Positions 9,527-20,889 of a stretch of DNA of 64,000 nt are shown in pieces (positions within the stretch are counted from its first letter, which is position 1; each line of letters opens with the position of its first letter). The DNA lies in the NCBI GenBank assembly GCA_965195345.1, contig OZ239628.1, positions 736,001 to 800,000 on the forward strand, in the 5' to 3' direction. The notes below the pieces were generated by a model, which made no database searches, was not told the DNA's origin, and saw only the letters and a program-made list of their open reading frames with translations. The position numbers and the translations under genes were made by a program. Source of the stretch: an uncultured Thiomicrospira sp. (lineage in GTDB: Bacteria > Pseudomonadota > Gammaproteobacteria > CAKMZV01).

Positions 9527-10374
9527 ATCTGAAAGCATTACTAGCGATAGGCTTATTTTTTGTAGTCTCTGTGGCTGCAAGCAACAATCTATCTAAATCG
9601 GTTGTATTTGAAGGAGAGTGGACGCAAGGAGGATTGATACGCGGAAAAGCAGATCCAAATTTCCAATTGACTTTGATACAAAATGGCGAGGAGATACCCA
9701 TAGAAATCCATAAAAGCGGTGCTTTTGTATTTGGTTTTGGGCGGGATTCGGCGCTTTCAGGGAAAATTAAAATCAAGCATGATCAAATAATTGAGTATAA
9801 GCATTTTAACCTTTCAAAGCGAACATACAAAATACAACGCATTAATGGCTTACCCCCATCCAAAGTTGATGTGTCGGAAAAAGACTTAAAGCGCATTCGA
9901 TCTGAAGCAAAAGCAATTGGTATAGCTCGAAAGACAAAACATGATGTGGATTATTTCACTCAAAATTTTATCTTACCTCTGCAGGGGATAGTTACAGGGG
10001 TGTACGGATCTCAACGAATTCTTAACGGCAAACCTCGCCGACCGCATTTTGGAATTGATATAGCAAGTCCTACTGGAACCCCAATTAAAGCGCCTGCCTC
10101 TGGTATTGTCACTTACATCAATGATGATATGTTTTTTAGTGGGGGAACGATAGTGCTTGATCATGGTTTCGGACTAAGTAGTAGTTTTTTACATCTTAGT
10201 AAAATTTTGACGAAGATTGGTTCAACGGTACATCAGGGAGAGGTATTTGCCGAAGTAGGGGCAACTGGGCGCGTAACTGGTGCACATTTAGATTGGCGTT
10301 CTAATTGGAAAAATAGACGAGTTGACCCATTTTTGATGCTTGATGATTCAATAAAAAGCACTTTAAAAAATTAA
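9523..10374 (+). CDS. M23 family metallopeptidase
   Basis: HFGID, LDHG.G..S...HLS, GATGRVTGAHLDW zinc motifs; signal peptide. Confidence 0.93.
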   Translation: MNLKALLAIGLFFVVSVAASNNLSKSVVFEGEWTQGGLIRGKADPNFQLTLIQNGEEIPIEIHKSGAFVFGFGRDSALSGKIKIKHDQIIEYKHFNLSKRTYKIQRINGLPPSKVDVSEKDLKRIRSEAKAIGIARKTKHDVDYFTQNFILPLQGIVTGVYGSQRILNGKPRRPHFGIDIASPTGTPIKAPASGIVTYINDDMFFSGGTIVLDHGFGLSSSFLHLSKILTKIGSTVHQGEVFAEVGATGRVTGAHLDWRSNWKNRRVDPFLMLDDSIKSTLKN

Positions 10375-10385
10375 AAGGATACAGC

Positions 10386-11450
10386 ATGCAATCAGATTTT
10401 AAAAGGCTGTTGGAAACGATAATAATTGATGATCTTGAACAAGATATTATCACCAGTGGAGTTGTGTCACGTTGTGAAGAAAATAGCGATGGGGTCGTAG
10501 AAATAGTACTTAATTTTGTATACCCTAACCAGAGTGAGCATGCGCATATTTCTCAAGACATTATTGATGCTTTTGCAACTTTGGGGAAAGAAGTTAAAGT
10601 AACGATTCATAGTAAAGTTGCAGCGCATAAAGTACAAGAGGGTGTAAAAGCATTTTCGAATATTAAAAATATCATAGTTGTTGCGTCCGCTAAAGGTGGT
10701 GTAGGTAAATCAACAGTTAGTGTCAATCTTGCCTGCGCTTTGGCACAAGAAGGCGCAAGTGTCGGCTTGCTTGATGCAGACATTTATGGACCCAGTATTC
10801 CTACTATGGTTGGCGTAAAGGACAAGCCAACTACCTTGGACGGTAAAACGATGGAACCAATAGAGGCGCACGGCATAAAAACAATGTCAATTGGTTATCT
10901 TATTGAAGCAAATTCCGCAATGATATGGCGTGGTCCTATTTTGACACAGACATTGACTCAATTATTGAATGAGACTAATTGGGGAGATATTGATTATTTA
11001 ATTATGGATTTGCCACCAGGAACAGGGGATACACAGTTAACAATAGCTCAGCAAATTCCTGTAAGCGGTGCTTTAGTCGTTACTACTCCACAAGAAGTTG
11101 CTCTTGCCGATGCACGAAAAGGGTTGGCAATGTTTGAAAAAGTACGTATATCGGTGCTTGGAATTGTTGAGAATATGAGCGGTTATATGTGTCCATGCTG
11201 TGGCAACGAGGAAGCAATTTTCTCTAGTGGAGGTGGTGAGCAATTGGCGCGCCAGTATGACAGCAAATTACTGGGTACTTTGCCCGTACATATGGATATA
11301 CGTAAAGCAGGCGATCAAGGAATTCCTATTGTCATAAAGGAACAGCCTATTAGTGATCGCTATCGTGCTATTGCAAGAAGTGTGGCAGCGACGTTGTCAC
11401 TGAAACAAAAAGAATATTCAGGGAAGTTTCCCAAAATTGTTATTGAATAA
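10386..11450 (+). CDS. apbC: Fe-S cluster carrier ATPase ApbC/Mrp
   Basis: [32 protein letters not shown]. Confidence 0.95.
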   Translation: MQSDFKRLLETIIIDDLEQDIITSGVVSRCEENSDGVVEIVLNFVYPNQSEHAHISQDIIDAFATLGKEVKVTIHSKVAAHKVQEGVKAFSNIKNIIVVASAKGGVGKSTVSVNLACALAQEGASVGLLDADIYGPSIPTMVGVKDKPTTLDGKTMEPIEAHGIKTMSIGYLIEANSAMIWRGPILTQTLTQLLNETNWGDIDYLIMDLPPGTGDTQLTIAQQIPVSGALVVTTPQEVALADARKGLAMFEKVRISVLGIVENMSGYMCPCCGNEEAIFSSGGGEQLARQYDSKLLGTLPVHMDIRKAGDQGIPIVIKEQPISDRYRAIARSVAATLSLKQKEYSGKFPKIVIE

Positions 11451-11464
11451 ACGATCGATATAAT

Positions 11465-12034
11465 ATGAGTATAAAGTCAGATAGATGGATACGAGAAATG
11501 GCGCATAGCAGTGCGATGATTGAGCCTTTTACCAATGACCAAATTAAATACAATGATGGTGGTCAACGCATTGTTTCTTATGGCACTTCAAGCTACGGGT
11601 ATGATGTGCGTTGCGCTGATGAATTTAAGATATTTACTAATATCAAATCAGCCACTGTTGACCCAAAAGCTTTTAGCAGTGAAAGCTTTGTTGATCATCA
11701 AGGTTCTGAATGCATCATTCCTCCAAATTCTTTTGCCTTAGCGCGCACGATTGAATATTTTCGTATACCTCGAGATGTATTAGTTATTTGTTTGGGAAAG
11801 TCCACTTATGCACGATGTGGGATTATCGTAAACGTAACGCCATTAGAACCCGAATGGGAAGGGCATGTTACACTTGAATTTTCGAATACGACGACACTTC
11901 CTGCAAAAATTTATGCTAATGAAGGTGTGGCGCAATTTTTGTTTTTTCAATCGGATGAAATCTGTGAAACTTCTTATGCTGATCGAGCTGGGAAATACAT
12001 GGGACAAAAGGGCGTGACATTACCTAAGGCTTAA
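11465..12034 (+). CDS. dcd: dCTP deaminase
   Basis: [37 protein letters not shown]. Confidence 0.97.
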   Translation: MSIKSDRWIREMAHSSAMIEPFTNDQIKYNDGGQRIVSYGTSSYGYDVRCADEFKIFTNIKSATVDPKAFSSESFVDHQGSECIIPPNSFALARTIEYFRIPRDVLVICLGKSTYARCGIIVNVTPLEPEWEGHVTLEFSNTTTLPAKIYANEGVAQFLFFQSDEICETSYADRAGKYMGQKGVTLPKA

Positions 12035-12079
12035 TATGAAGTTTTTTTTGCCCCAATCGACTTTGGCGCATTAAAGCGG

Positions 12080-13312
12080 ATGAAAACGCACAGTAAACGC
12101 ATTGGTATTATAGGGGCTGGTATTGCTGGTGTGAGTAGTGCTTGGACCTTGGCGCAACAAGGGCATTCAATTCATCTGTTTGAGCGTCACGATAAAGTTG
12201 CTCTTGAGTGTTCTTATGCAAACGGTGGGCAGATTTCTACATGTAATAGTGAAGTTTGGTATACATGGGGAAATGTTCTTAAAGGTTTAAAAGGGTTGTT
12301 TGACGAAAGCGCTCCTTTGCGAATCAACCCAAAACCATCAGCAGCTAAGTTGCAGTGGTTAATGCACTTTATGCGCCATACTTTGCGCGGTGATTATGAA
12401 AAAAACACTCGGAAATTAATTGAACTAACCGTAGAGTCCAGAGTGCTGTGTGAGGATTTAATCAATAATCAATCCATTGATTGTGATCGCAATGCTCAGA
12501 AAGGAGTATTGCATTTTTATCGTAGTCAGAAAGCGTTTGATGAAGCACAAAAAATTTGTGAAAAATTCTCAGATACAAATTGGGGAAGAACCATTGTTAA
12601 CGCCGAAAAAACCATTGAAATAGAACCGCTCTTAGAAAGTGCTAAAGTCGTTGGAGGTTGTTATACAGCAGATGATTTCACGGCAGATATTCATCTTTTT
12701 TGCGTTCATTTGATTCAGTTGTGCAAGCAGCAATATGCCGTTGATACCCGTTTATCTTTTGCTGTTGAAAACATCGTTAAACAGGGAAAAGAATTTATTG
12801 TCAAAAGCGAACATGGTGAGGAATTACAGTTTGATAATATCGTTATTTCGACGGGAGCAAACACGGATGCTCTGTTATATCCTTTGACTGGTAAAAGGAG
12901 CAGAATTTATCCAGTCAAAGGGTATTCTCTAACGTTTTTTTTGGATGAGGAAGATTCAAGACCAAGAATTGCACTTCTTGATGATGAGAAGAAAATAGTT
13001 TCTGCTTCTTTTGAAAATCGCTTGCGCGTTTCTGGAACAGCGGAATTGAATGATTGGAATTATTCAATAGATAGGAAACGCTTGCTTCCGATGACTGATT
13101 GGGTTCAAGAGTTTATGCCTCATTTAGAAAAGAAAATCAAGGATGAAGCGTATGATTCGTGGGCGTGTTTACGTCCGATGAGTAGCGATATGTTGCCTGT
13201 ATGTGAGCAGGTTGCAGATGGAGTGTTCATTAACAGTGGTATGGGGCACCTTGGTTGGACATTGGGCATGATTCAAGCAGTGCATTTGGCACAATTGGTG
13301 CAATACCAATAG
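12080..13312 (+). CDS. D-amino acid dehydrogenase-like FAD-dependent oxidoreductase (DadA family)
   Basis: IIGAGIAG FAD motif, SYANGGQIS, IYPVKGYS, WACLRPM, GHLGWT. Confidence 0.88.
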   Translation: MKTHSKRIGIIGAGIAGVSSAWTLAQQGHSIHLFERHDKVALECSYANGGQISTCNSEVWYTWGNVLKGLKGLFDESAPLRINPKPSAAKLQWLMHFMRHTLRGDYEKNTRKLIELTVESRVLCEDLINNQSIDCDRNAQKGVLHFYRSQKAFDEAQKICEKFSDTNWGRTIVNAEKTIEIEPLLESAKVVGGCYTADDFTADIHLFCVHLIQLCKQQYAVDTRLSFAVENIVKQGKEFIVKSEHGEELQFDNIVISTGANTDALLYPLTGKRSRIYPVKGYSLTFFLDEEDSRPRIALLDDEKKIVSASFENRLRVSGTAELNDWNYSIDRKRLLPMTDWVQEFMPHLEKKIKDEAYDSWACLRPMSSDMLPVCEQVADGVFINSGMGHLGWTLGMIQAVHLAQLVQYQ

Positions 13313-13381
13313 GTTACAACCTAAAAGTGATTCCGTAGATAAGATTATTTAGTGCCGTTTGTAAAAAAGTGGTAAATCAAC

Positions 13382-13939
13382 TTAGTGTCGAATTGGATCC
13401 TCTGGTGGATTTGTTTCTTCAAGAAGATTGCGGCAATTAATAATACCGTCATTACAAAACTCAATTAAATTTCTAAAATCTTCTAAGGATAGTTCAATTT
13501 CTTTTTTTTCAAGTTCTTCTTTTTTAATTTGTTGTAGGCTGCTTCCTAAGCGTATGAGGTCCAAGATGACTTGAAGAAAATTGGTGACGATCGTATTTTG
13601 TAACAGCTCATGCGGATAGGAAGCGCAGAATCCCATAATGAACCCGTCGCCCCATTCTGAAAAACGTATCAAGTCTTCGTGTAAATTTTCTGGTGTACTG
13701 TCGAAACAAATAAATTGACCAGTGGTTTCAAAGTATTCAATGATGGCTTTTGTACGTTCTTCAAGAGCATCGCTTTCTGTTTTCGATATGTGGGGGTCTT
13801 CATCTAAAACGCTGATGAACCAATCGTTGTAGTCGCTATTTTCGAAACATACTGTTTTAGCACAAAGGAATCCTTCTAACCAATCGTTTTTGCTGATGAA
13901 AGATGTGCGATTGATCAGATTCTCTATAACTGTGCTCAA
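13382..13939 (-). CDS. UPF0149 (YgfB/YecA-like) protein
   Basis: Acidic, ~185 aa, GFLCA, EWGDGFIMG, short tail ending in H. Confidence 0.6.
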   Translation of the reverse strand: MSTVIENLINRTSFISKNDWLEGFLCAKTVCFENSDYNDWFISVLDEDPHISKTESDALEERTKAIIEYFETTGQFICFDSTPENLHEDLIRFSEWGDGFIMGFCASYPHELLQNTIVTNFLQVILDLIRLGSSLQQIKKEELEKKEIELSLEDFRNLIEFCNDGIINCRNLLEETNPPEDPIRH

Positions 13940-14120
13940 ACGGATGTCCTTTTTATGGTTGATACGTAAGGTGATGATTTTAACAGTTCAAACACTATTT
14001 TAACCCGAAGACTGTGTATTTTAAGTTGAGATGGTTAATTGTTGAGCGTACATTTTAGGAAGTGTTTTTCTTTAAATATGAGATCATCAAGTCAAGCTAT
14101 AGGGAAAGTGGATTTTTTTC

Positions 14121-14149
14121 TTGACCTTACAAGGCAGAGAAACGATAAT
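14121..14149 (+). promoter_or_regulatory. Sigma70 promoter for tRNA-Gln/prs
   Basis: TTGACC-N17-GATAAT followed by a GC-rich discriminator, 14 bp upstream of the tRNA. Confidence 0.65.
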
Positions 14150-14163
14150 TACGCCCATTCAAA

Positions 14164-14238
14164 TGGGCTGTAGCCAAGCGGTAAGGCAGCGGGTTTTGAT
14201 CCCGTCATGCGTAGGTTCGAATCCTACCAGCCCAGCCA
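14164..14238 (+). tRNA. tRNA-Gln(TTG)
   Basis: TGGGCTG...CAGCCCA acceptor stem, loop TTTTGAT, GGTTCGAATCC, CCA; usual position before prs. Confidence 0.97.
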
Positions 14239-14257
14239 ACTTCCTGTACCATAAATT

Positions 14258-15217
14258 ATGTCTGATTATTCAATTGCACTGTTCACTGGTAATGCTAATC
14301 CAGAGTTTGCTAAAAAAGTTGCTGATTTACTTGACACTGAGTTGGCAGATGCGACGGTGGGAAGGTTTAGTGATGGGGAAGTAATGACAGAAATAAGTGA
14401 TTCTGTAAGAGGGCGTGACGTTTTTGTTATGCAGTCCACTTGCTCTCCTAACCCTTCTGACAATCTAATGGAAGTGCTTGTCATGATTGATGCACTTAAG
14501 AGGTCTTCTGCTAAACGCATCAACGCAGTCCTACCATATTATGGTTTTAGTCGGCAAGATCGCAGACCGTGGTCAGCAAGGGTTCCAATTACTGCCAAAT
14601 TAGTTGCCGATATGCTACAGGTTGCAGGCGCGCATCGTGTGCTCACTGTTGACATACACGCGGACCAGATACAAGGATTTTTTGATATACCGATGGATAA
14701 TATTTATGCTTCACCAATATTTGGTGAAGACATAGCTAAGATTATTAAGCATCCGACAGTAGTGTCTCCAGATGTTGGTGGTGTTCTACGCGCTCGTGCT
14801 TTGGCGAAGCAAGTAAATGCTGATTTAGCAATTATCGACAAACGCCGTCCTAAAGCAAATATTGCTGAGGTCATGCATATTATTGGTGATATTGTTGATT
14901 GTGACTGTATTATTGTTGATGATATGGTTGATACAGCGGGTACGCTATGCAAGGCGAGCAAAGCTTTAATGGACAATGGCGCAAAGTCAGTGCGCGCCTA
15001 CTGTACACACCCCGTATTATCAGGCAATGCTGCTGAAAATCTGGCGAATTCTGATTTAACGGAATTAGTAGTAACGGATACGATTCCTTTGACAGATTCA
15101 ATAAAGCAATTGGGTTCAAAAGTGCGTGTCTTATCCATTGCGCATATGGTTGCTGAGTCTATTCAACGCATTCATCAAGAAGACTCTGTGCGTGAAGTAT
15201 ATGCAAAATCATTATAA
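14258..15217 (+). CDS. prs: Ribose-phosphate pyrophosphokinase
   Basis: FSDGE, YSRQDR-like motif, [21 protein letters not shown]. Confidence 0.98.
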   Translation: MSDYSIALFTGNANPEFAKKVADLLDTELADATVGRFSDGEVMTEISDSVRGRDVFVMQSTCSPNPSDNLMEVLVMIDALKRSSAKRINAVLPYYGFSRQDRRPWSARVPITAKLVADMLQVAGAHRVLTVDIHADQIQGFFDIPMDNIYASPIFGEDIAKIIKHPTVVSPDVGGVLRARALAKQVNADLAIIDKRRPKANIAEVMHIIGDIVDCDCIIVDDMVDTAGTLCKASKALMDNGAKSVRAYCTHPVLSGNAAENLANSDLTELVVTDTIPLTDSIKQLGSKVRVLSIAHMVAESIQRIHQEDSVREVYAKSL

Positions 15218-15261
15218 ATATTTAACATTGAATTTGCCAAAATTTTTATATTTTTCATACA

Positions 15262-15453
15262 ATGATTAGTTTAGCGCGCTATTGGATATTAGTTGTTGCA
15301 ATTAGCGTTGTCTTATGGATGATTCTTAAGATAAGTAAACGTGAAATCCCTTTTTACTGGGTGTTTCTTTGGGTACTGTTGGGCGTTATGTGTGCGCTGG
15401 GTGCACTGTGGGTACTCTCTTTACTTACAGGCAATAGTCTAATGCTCTTCTAA
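15262..15453 (+). CDS. Small two-TM membrane protein
   Basis: 63 aa with two hydrophobic segments; fills the gap and stops 2 bp before argS. Confidence 0.6.
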   Translation: MISLARYWILVVAISVVLWMILKISKREIPFYWVFLWVLLGVMCALGALWVLSLLTGNSLMLF

Positions 15454-15455
15454 GC

Positions 15456-17189
15456 ATGCAAGAAATCATTCGACAGTGGCTACAAAAAGAAGTTTCTAAC
15501 TGGTTATTTAAACAAGGCAATTATGAGCTTGGCTCTTTTGTCGTAGAGAAAACTCGAACTCCTGAACATGGCGATTGGGCAACGAACATCGCGATGGTAC
15601 TTGCGAAATCACTCAAACAAAACCCCTTAAACATTGCAACATCATTGCGTGAGCATTTGCTTGAAAACAAGATCAAGTCAATTAGCGCTATTGAAGCAGT
15701 TGCCCCTGGATTTGTTAATATTTATCTCAATAATGATATGCGGTATGCTGCTTTAGAAAAAGCACTTTCTGAAGGCAATGATTATGGGCTAAAGAAAGTC
15801 GGCAGCTCTGGGCGGATTCTGATCGAATTTGTATCTGCCAATCCCACTGGACCGCTTCACGTGGGGCATGGACGCGGTGCAGCGTTTGGGGCTTCATTAG
15901 CAAATGTATTGCGCGCAGGGGGGTATGAGGTTGACTGTGAATACTATGTGAACGATGCTGGACGTCAAATGGCTATTTTAGCTGTGTCGGTTTGGTTGCG
16001 TTATTTGGATTTTGATTCATTCCCGATCAATGGTTATAAAGGGGATTATATTCATGAAATTTCTAAACAATTATTCAATAAATATGGAGATCGATTTGTT
16101 GTTAACGATGCAGTAGTTGACGCAACTGTTTGTCCTGATGAGTCTGAAGGAGGCGACAAAGAAGCGCATATTGATGATTTAATCCGCCGTGCGCGAGAAT
16201 TGTTAGGAAGTGATTTTGAAGTCATTAAAAAGTTTACATTAGACGATGTTCTTTCTGGGATTTGTGAGGATTTAAAAGAGTTTGGTGTTCATTTTCAACG
16301 GTGGTTCAGTGAACAATCTTTGTTTGACGACAAGCAAGTGGATGTGATTTTTGCCGAATTAAATAAAAGAGGCTATATTTACGAAAAAGATGGTGCTCAA
16401 TGGTTTGCTTCAAGTCGTTTTGATGATGAAAAGGATAGGGTGGTTGTTCGAGAAAATGGTGAGAAAACGTATTTTGCATCTGATATAGCATATCATACTG
16501 ATAAGCTTGGTCGAGGTTACGATCAGATTATCAATTTATGGGGTGCCGATCATCACGGGTACATTAAAAGAATGCGTGCTGCTATGGAAGCTCTGGGACA
16601 AAACAATGAACAATTGAAAATCATATTGATCCAATTTGCAGCGTTGTACCGAGGTGAAGAAAAAATCCCAATGACGACGCGTGGCGGACAATTCGTTACG
16701 TTATGTGAACTAAGAGAAGAAGTTGGTACGGAAGCCGCACGCTTTTTTTATGTTACCCTAAAACCAGAGCAACACCTGAATTTTGATTTAAAATTGGCTG
16801 TTGAAAAGTCGTATGATAATCCTATTTTTTATGTGCTATACGCATATGCACGTATTTGTGCATTGCAGCGGAAAAGTGTAGACAAAAATCATGACGAATT
16901 TTTATGTAATTGGGATTTGCTTGTATCTAATCAAGAAAGGGATTTACTCAATAGCATAGAATATTTCCCAAGTCGTATTGAGAAATGTGCGAGCCAATTT
17001 GATGTACACTTATTGGTGCATTATTTGCGCGATTTAGCTGCAAATCTTCACAGCTATTATGGAACGACGGTTATATTAACCGATGATTTGGCTTTGCGCA
17101 CTACACGCTTGACTTTGCTTAAAGGAGTGCAGCAAGTATTGCGAAATGGGTTACATATTTTGGGAATTTCTGCACGTGAATCTATGTGA
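15456..17189 (+). CDS. argS: Arginine--tRNA ligase
   Basis: EFVSANPTGPLHVGHGRG, YYVNDAGRQ, WGADHHGY, YAYARI. Confidence 0.98.
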   Translation: MQEIIRQWLQKEVSNWLFKQGNYELGSFVVEKTRTPEHGDWATNIAMVLAKSLKQNPLNIATSLREHLLENKIKSISAIEAVAPGFVNIYLNNDMRYAALEKALSEGNDYGLKKVGSSGRILIEFVSANPTGPLHVGHGRGAAFGASLANVLRAGGYEVDCEYYVNDAGRQMAILAVSVWLRYLDFDSFPINGYKGDYIHEISKQLFNKYGDRFVVNDAVVDATVCPDESEGGDKEAHIDDLIRRARELLGSDFEVIKKFTLDDVLSGICEDLKEFGVHFQRWFSEQSLFDDKQVDVIFAELNKRGYIYEKDGAQWFASSRFDDEKDRVVVRENGEKTYFASDIAYHTDKLGRGYDQIINLWGADHHGYIKRMRAAMEALGQNNEQLKIILIQFAALYRGEEKIPMTTRGGQFVTLCELREEVGTEAARFFYVTLKPEQHLNFDLKLAVEKSYDNPIFYVLYAYARICALQRKSVDKNHDEFLCNWDLLVSNQERDLLNSIEYFPSRIEKCASQFDVHLLVHYLRDLAANLHSYYGTTVILTDDLALRTTRLTLLKGVQQVLRNGLHILGISARESM

Positions 17190-17217
17190 AAGATAGATTT
17201 AGTATAATGAAATATGT

Positions 17218-17730
17218 ATGAATAATTCAATTGATCCAGAGAAAAATAATTTTTGGCAAATACTATCTCGTCATGAATTGCCGTTCGTATTTCATTTTGC
17301 AGCTTGGCCAATGTGGGTGTTGTTGTTTGGACTGTGCATTTTAATTTCTATACAGGTGCTTATTGGAAAGAATAAGAAAGACGAAGTCACAACGAAAATT
17401 ACTCAAGTTGGTGATTTTGCTTTCTATGAAGGGGTGAAAAATCAATCGATTGACTTAGAAATTGAAGAGAAATCTATTAAAAATTATCGTTACCGCATTC
17501 GAGTTGCATCGTTTAAAACGATTGGAAAAGCAATGCAAGAAGTACAAAATTTAAAGTCACTTCATCCATTTAATATTGAAAGGCACAACACTAGTTACGG
17601 AGTGCGGTATCGCATATACAGTAATTGGTTTGAGTCAAAGCGATCAATGAACTTGTTTCGTTCAAAATTGGTTAATCGAGGACTTGATACGTTAGTGCAT
17701 AAGCAGCTTATAACCATTGATGAGTCTTGA
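17218..17730 (+). CDS. SPOR-domain membrane protein (FtsN-like)
   Basis: N-terminal TM, FAFYE motif, C-terminal SPOR-like (RVASFK...YRI); argS-SPOR linkage is common in gammaproteobacteria. Confidence 0.65.
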   Translation: MNNSIDPEKNNFWQILSRHELPFVFHFAAWPMWVLLFGLCILISIQVLIGKNKKDEVTTKITQVGDFAFYEGVKNQSIDLEIEEKSIKNYRYRIRVASFKTIGKAMQEVQNLKSLHPFNIERHNTSYGVRYRIYSNWFESKRSMNLFRSKLVNRGLDTLVHKQLITIDES

Positions 17731-18129
17731 GTGTCTAATATGTTTTTTGTCCACAATGAGCAGACTAAAGAAGTTTTCACCATTGATTTTTTTCTTGATC
17801 AATTGCAATTTAATGATCAAGGGCTTATCCCCGTAGTGGTTCAAGACCACATGAGCTATAGCGTTTTGATGATGGCTTGGATGAATAAAGAATCCATCAT
17901 TAAGACGCTTAAAGAAAAGCAAATGTGTTATTGGTCTCGGTCGCGTCAAAAACTATGGGTTAAAGGAGAGCAGAGCGGTCATTTTCAACAGCTTATTGCT
18001 CTGCATGCCGATTGCGATGGTGATGCTTTACTTGCAAAGGTTGAGCAGCAAGGCGTGGCGTGCCATACTTTAAGACCCTCTTGTTTTTATTGGAATATTA
18101 ATTCTGACAGTGCAAAGATTGATGAATAG
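17731..18129 (+). CDS. hisI: Phosphoribosyl-AMP cyclohydrolase
   Basis: GLIPVVVQD, YWSRSRQKLWVKGE.SG, DCDGD, ACHT..SCF. Confidence 0.95.
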   Translation: MSNMFFVHNEQTKEVFTIDFFLDQLQFNDQGLIPVVVQDHMSYSVLMMAWMNKESIIKTLKEKQMCYWSRSRQKLWVKGEQSGHFQQLIALHADCDGDALLAKVEQQGVACHTLRPSCFYWNINSDSAKIDE

Positions 18130-19456
18130 TTACCATTTACGCAATGCAACCATCGTTAATGAAAACCGCATTATTGAAGGTGATTTGCTTATAGAAAAAG
18201 GACGTATAAAAGGAATCAATCAATCATCAACTATAGCCAAAGACATTGATTGTTCTGGATCAATTGTGCTCCCAGGGCTAATAGACGATCAAGTCCATTT
18301 TAGAGAACCTGGATTGACTCATAAAGCTGATATATATCATGAGTCTCAGGCTGCAGTGGCAGGTGGCGTTACTTCCTTTATGGAAATGCCCAACACAGTA
18401 CCAGCAACACTCAATAAACAAAAATTAGAAGAGAAATACGCCATAGCCCAGAAAAATTCGTGTGCTAACTACAGCTTTTATTTTGGGGCATCTAATGACA
18501 ATATAGAGGATGTTAAGAATCTCGCTGTTGGGGAAGCCGCTGGGGTGAAAGTGTTTATGGGTTCTTCTACGGGAAATATGCTGGTTGATGAGCCCAGTGT
18601 GCTTAATGCAATATTTGCTAATGCACCTACTTTAATTGCAACGCATTGTGAGAATAGTCCTAGAATTGCACGGCGGGAGGCACAATGGCGTAAGCAATAC
18701 GGTGAAGAGGAAGTGCTTTTTTCAATGCATCCTACCATTCGTGATAGGGAGGCATGCATTATGTCTTCTACATTGGCGATTGAACTAGCAAAAAAACATC
18801 ATGCACCATTGCATGTACTGCACATAACTACTGCGGAAGAATGCGCTTTGTTTTGTGAAGGGAGTATTGATAGTAAACTCATTACAGCCGAGGCTTGTGT
18901 TCATCATTTGACTTTTTGCAGTGACGATTATGAGAAATTAGGAGGGTTAATCAAATGCAATCCTGCTATTAAAGAGGCGAGTGACCGAAGCGCCATTAGA
19001 CAAGCTCTTATTGACAATCGTATTGATGTAGTTGCAACAGATCATGCACCACATACTTGGGAAGAAAAACAGGGCGGCTACTTTTCAGTACCATCTGGGC
19101 TGCCTTTGTTGCAAGAAACATTACCACTGTTGCTTGAGCTTTATTTAGATGGCGTGATTAGCATCCCTCAAATTGTTGAAAAATCATCCCATGCTGTTGC
19201 TAAACGGTTCAAAATTAAAGAGCGAGGGTATTTGCGTGAAGGATATTGGGGCGATGTCGCGGTAGTACGCTGTGATGATGCTTATGTAGTAGAAAATGAC
19301 AAGGCATATAGCAAATGTGGATGGAGCCCTTTTCATGGGCGTACACTACGCAGTAAAGTGCAGCACACCCTTGTCAATGGTCAGTTGGCGTATTCCAATG
19401 GCAATATAGATTCAACAGTACGAGGTAAGCGTCTGTCTTTCGGACGCCAACGATGA
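18122..19456 (+). CDS. pyrC: Dihydroorotase (multifunctional-complex type)
   Basis: PGLIDDQVHFREPG, MEMPNT, KCNP, ATDHAPH, KCGWSPF; ATG 18122 chosen over GTG 18110. Confidence 0.92.
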   Translation: MNSYHLRNATIVNENRIIEGDLLIEKGRIKGINQSSTIAKDIDCSGSIVLPGLIDDQVHFREPGLTHKADIYHESQAAVAGGVTSFMEMPNTVPATLNKQKLEEKYAIAQKNSCANYSFYFGASNDNIEDVKNLAVGEAAGVKVFMGSSTGNMLVDEPSVLNAIFANAPTLIATHCENSPRIARREAQWRKQYGEEEVLFSMHPTIRDREACIMSSTLAIELAKKHHAPLHVLHITTAEECALFCEGSIDSKLITAEACVHHLTFCSDDYEKLGGLIKCNPAIKEASDRSAIRQALIDNRIDVVATDHAPHTWEEKQGGYFSVPSGLPLLQETLPLLLELYLDGVISIPQIVEKSSHAVAKRFKIKERGYLREGYWGDVAVVRCDDAYVVENDKAYSKCGWSPFHGRTLRSKVQHTLVNGQLAYSNGNIDSTVRGKRLSFGRQR

Positions 19457-19500
19457 TAAGCAGTTAATCTGCAAAATACCAACATTCAATAATTAATAAA

Positions 19501-20889
19501 GTGACATTGCATCTTTACAATTCTAAAACTCGAAAAATCGAAGAATTCAAACCAATACATCCAGAAATGGTTTTAATGTACGTTTGTGGACCAACGGTCT
19601 ATAATCATATTCACGTAGGAAATGCCCGTCCCGCAGTAGTATTCGATGTATTATTTAAATTGTTAAAGAGGCATTTTAAACAAGTAAAATTCGCAAGAAA
19701 CATAACGGATATCGACGATAAGATTATGGCCCATGCGGTTGCAGAAGAAACAACCATTGATAAAATCGCGACGCTTTACACTCAAGAATACCACAAGGAT
19801 TTAAAAGAATTAGGCGTTGAGCCACCTACTTTCGAACCCAAAGCAACCGACTATATACAATCTATGGTTGAACTGGTTGAACAATTGTTGGAAAAACGTT
19901 ATGCCTATGAATCAGAAGGTCATGTTTTATTCGATGTGAATAAGATGTCTGACTACGGTGCATTGTCTGGTCGTAATATTAATGAAATGATGGCAGGAGA
20001 ACGGGTTGAAGTGGCTTCTTATAAAAAGTTTCCTTTGGATTTCATTTTATGGAAGCCCAGTAGCAGTGAACAGCCTGGTTGGGAAAGTCCTTGGGGCAGA
20101 GGCCGTCCAGGTTGGCATCTTGAGTGTTCAGCAATGATTCATGCTTTATTAGGAACACGTATTGACATTCATGGCGGCGGACAAGATTTGCAATTTCCTC
20201 ATCATGAAAATGAAAGAGCGCAAAGCTGTTGTGCCAGTGGCGAAAAAGAATTTGCTAATTACTGGGTACATAACGGGTACATAACCATGAGTGGAGAAAA
20301 AATGTCCAAATCTTTGGGAAATGTTTTCACAGTATCCGAACTATTACAGCACTATGACGGTGAGGTGCTGCGTTTTGTTTTGCTTGGAACCCACTATCGT
20401 AAACCACTCGATTGGACGGAAAATGCCTTGCAGCGTGCAAAATCATCTTTGGATGGGTTGTATCAAGTTTTGCTTGATCATGATCATACCCACGAAACTG
20501 AGGAGCATTGTGATGATTATTTATTGCAAGTATTTGAAGGTTATCTATTGCATGACCTCAACACTCCGCAAGCAATTGCTTATCTGTATGAGCTGGCGGT
20601 AAAAATACGTCAAAGTAACGATAAAAAGCAAACAGCAGTTTTATTAGTGACACTTTGCACCTGTGCTCAACGTTTAGGGCTGTTACAAAAAGAAGCACAA
20701 GAATGGTTCCAACAAACACTAAATACCCAGCAATTAGACAATGATGCGATTGAAGCGTTGATTATTGAAAGAAAGACTGCTAAGGCACGAAAAGATTTCG
20801 TACGTTCTGATGAGATACGAAATGAGCTTCAAAAAAAGGGTGTGATTCTTAAGGATACTTTAAGTGGTACCGTCTGGCAACGTCAGTAA
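19501..20889 (+). CDS. cysS: Cysteine--tRNA ligase
   Basis: YVCGPTVY..HVGNAR, GRPGWHLECS, HGGG.DL.FPHHENE, KMSKS. Confidence 0.98.
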   Translation: MTLHLYNSKTRKIEEFKPIHPEMVLMYVCGPTVYNHIHVGNARPAVVFDVLFKLLKRHFKQVKFARNITDIDDKIMAHAVAEETTIDKIATLYTQEYHKDLKELGVEPPTFEPKATDYIQSMVELVEQLLEKRYAYESEGHVLFDVNKMSDYGALSGRNINEMMAGERVEVASYKKFPLDFILWKPSSSEQPGWESPWGRGRPGWHLECSAMIHALLGTRIDIHGGGQDLQFPHHENERAQSCCASGEKEFANYWVHNGYITMSGEKMSKSLGNVFTVSELLQHYDGEVLRFVLLGTHYRKPLDWTENALQRAKSSLDGLYQVLLDHDHTHETEEHCDDYLLQVFEGYLLHDLNTPQAIAYLYELAVKIRQSNDKKQTAVLLVTLCTCAQRLGLLQKEAQEWFQQTLNTQQLDNDAIEALIIERKTAKARKDFVRSDEIRNELQKKGVILKDTLSGTVWQRQ

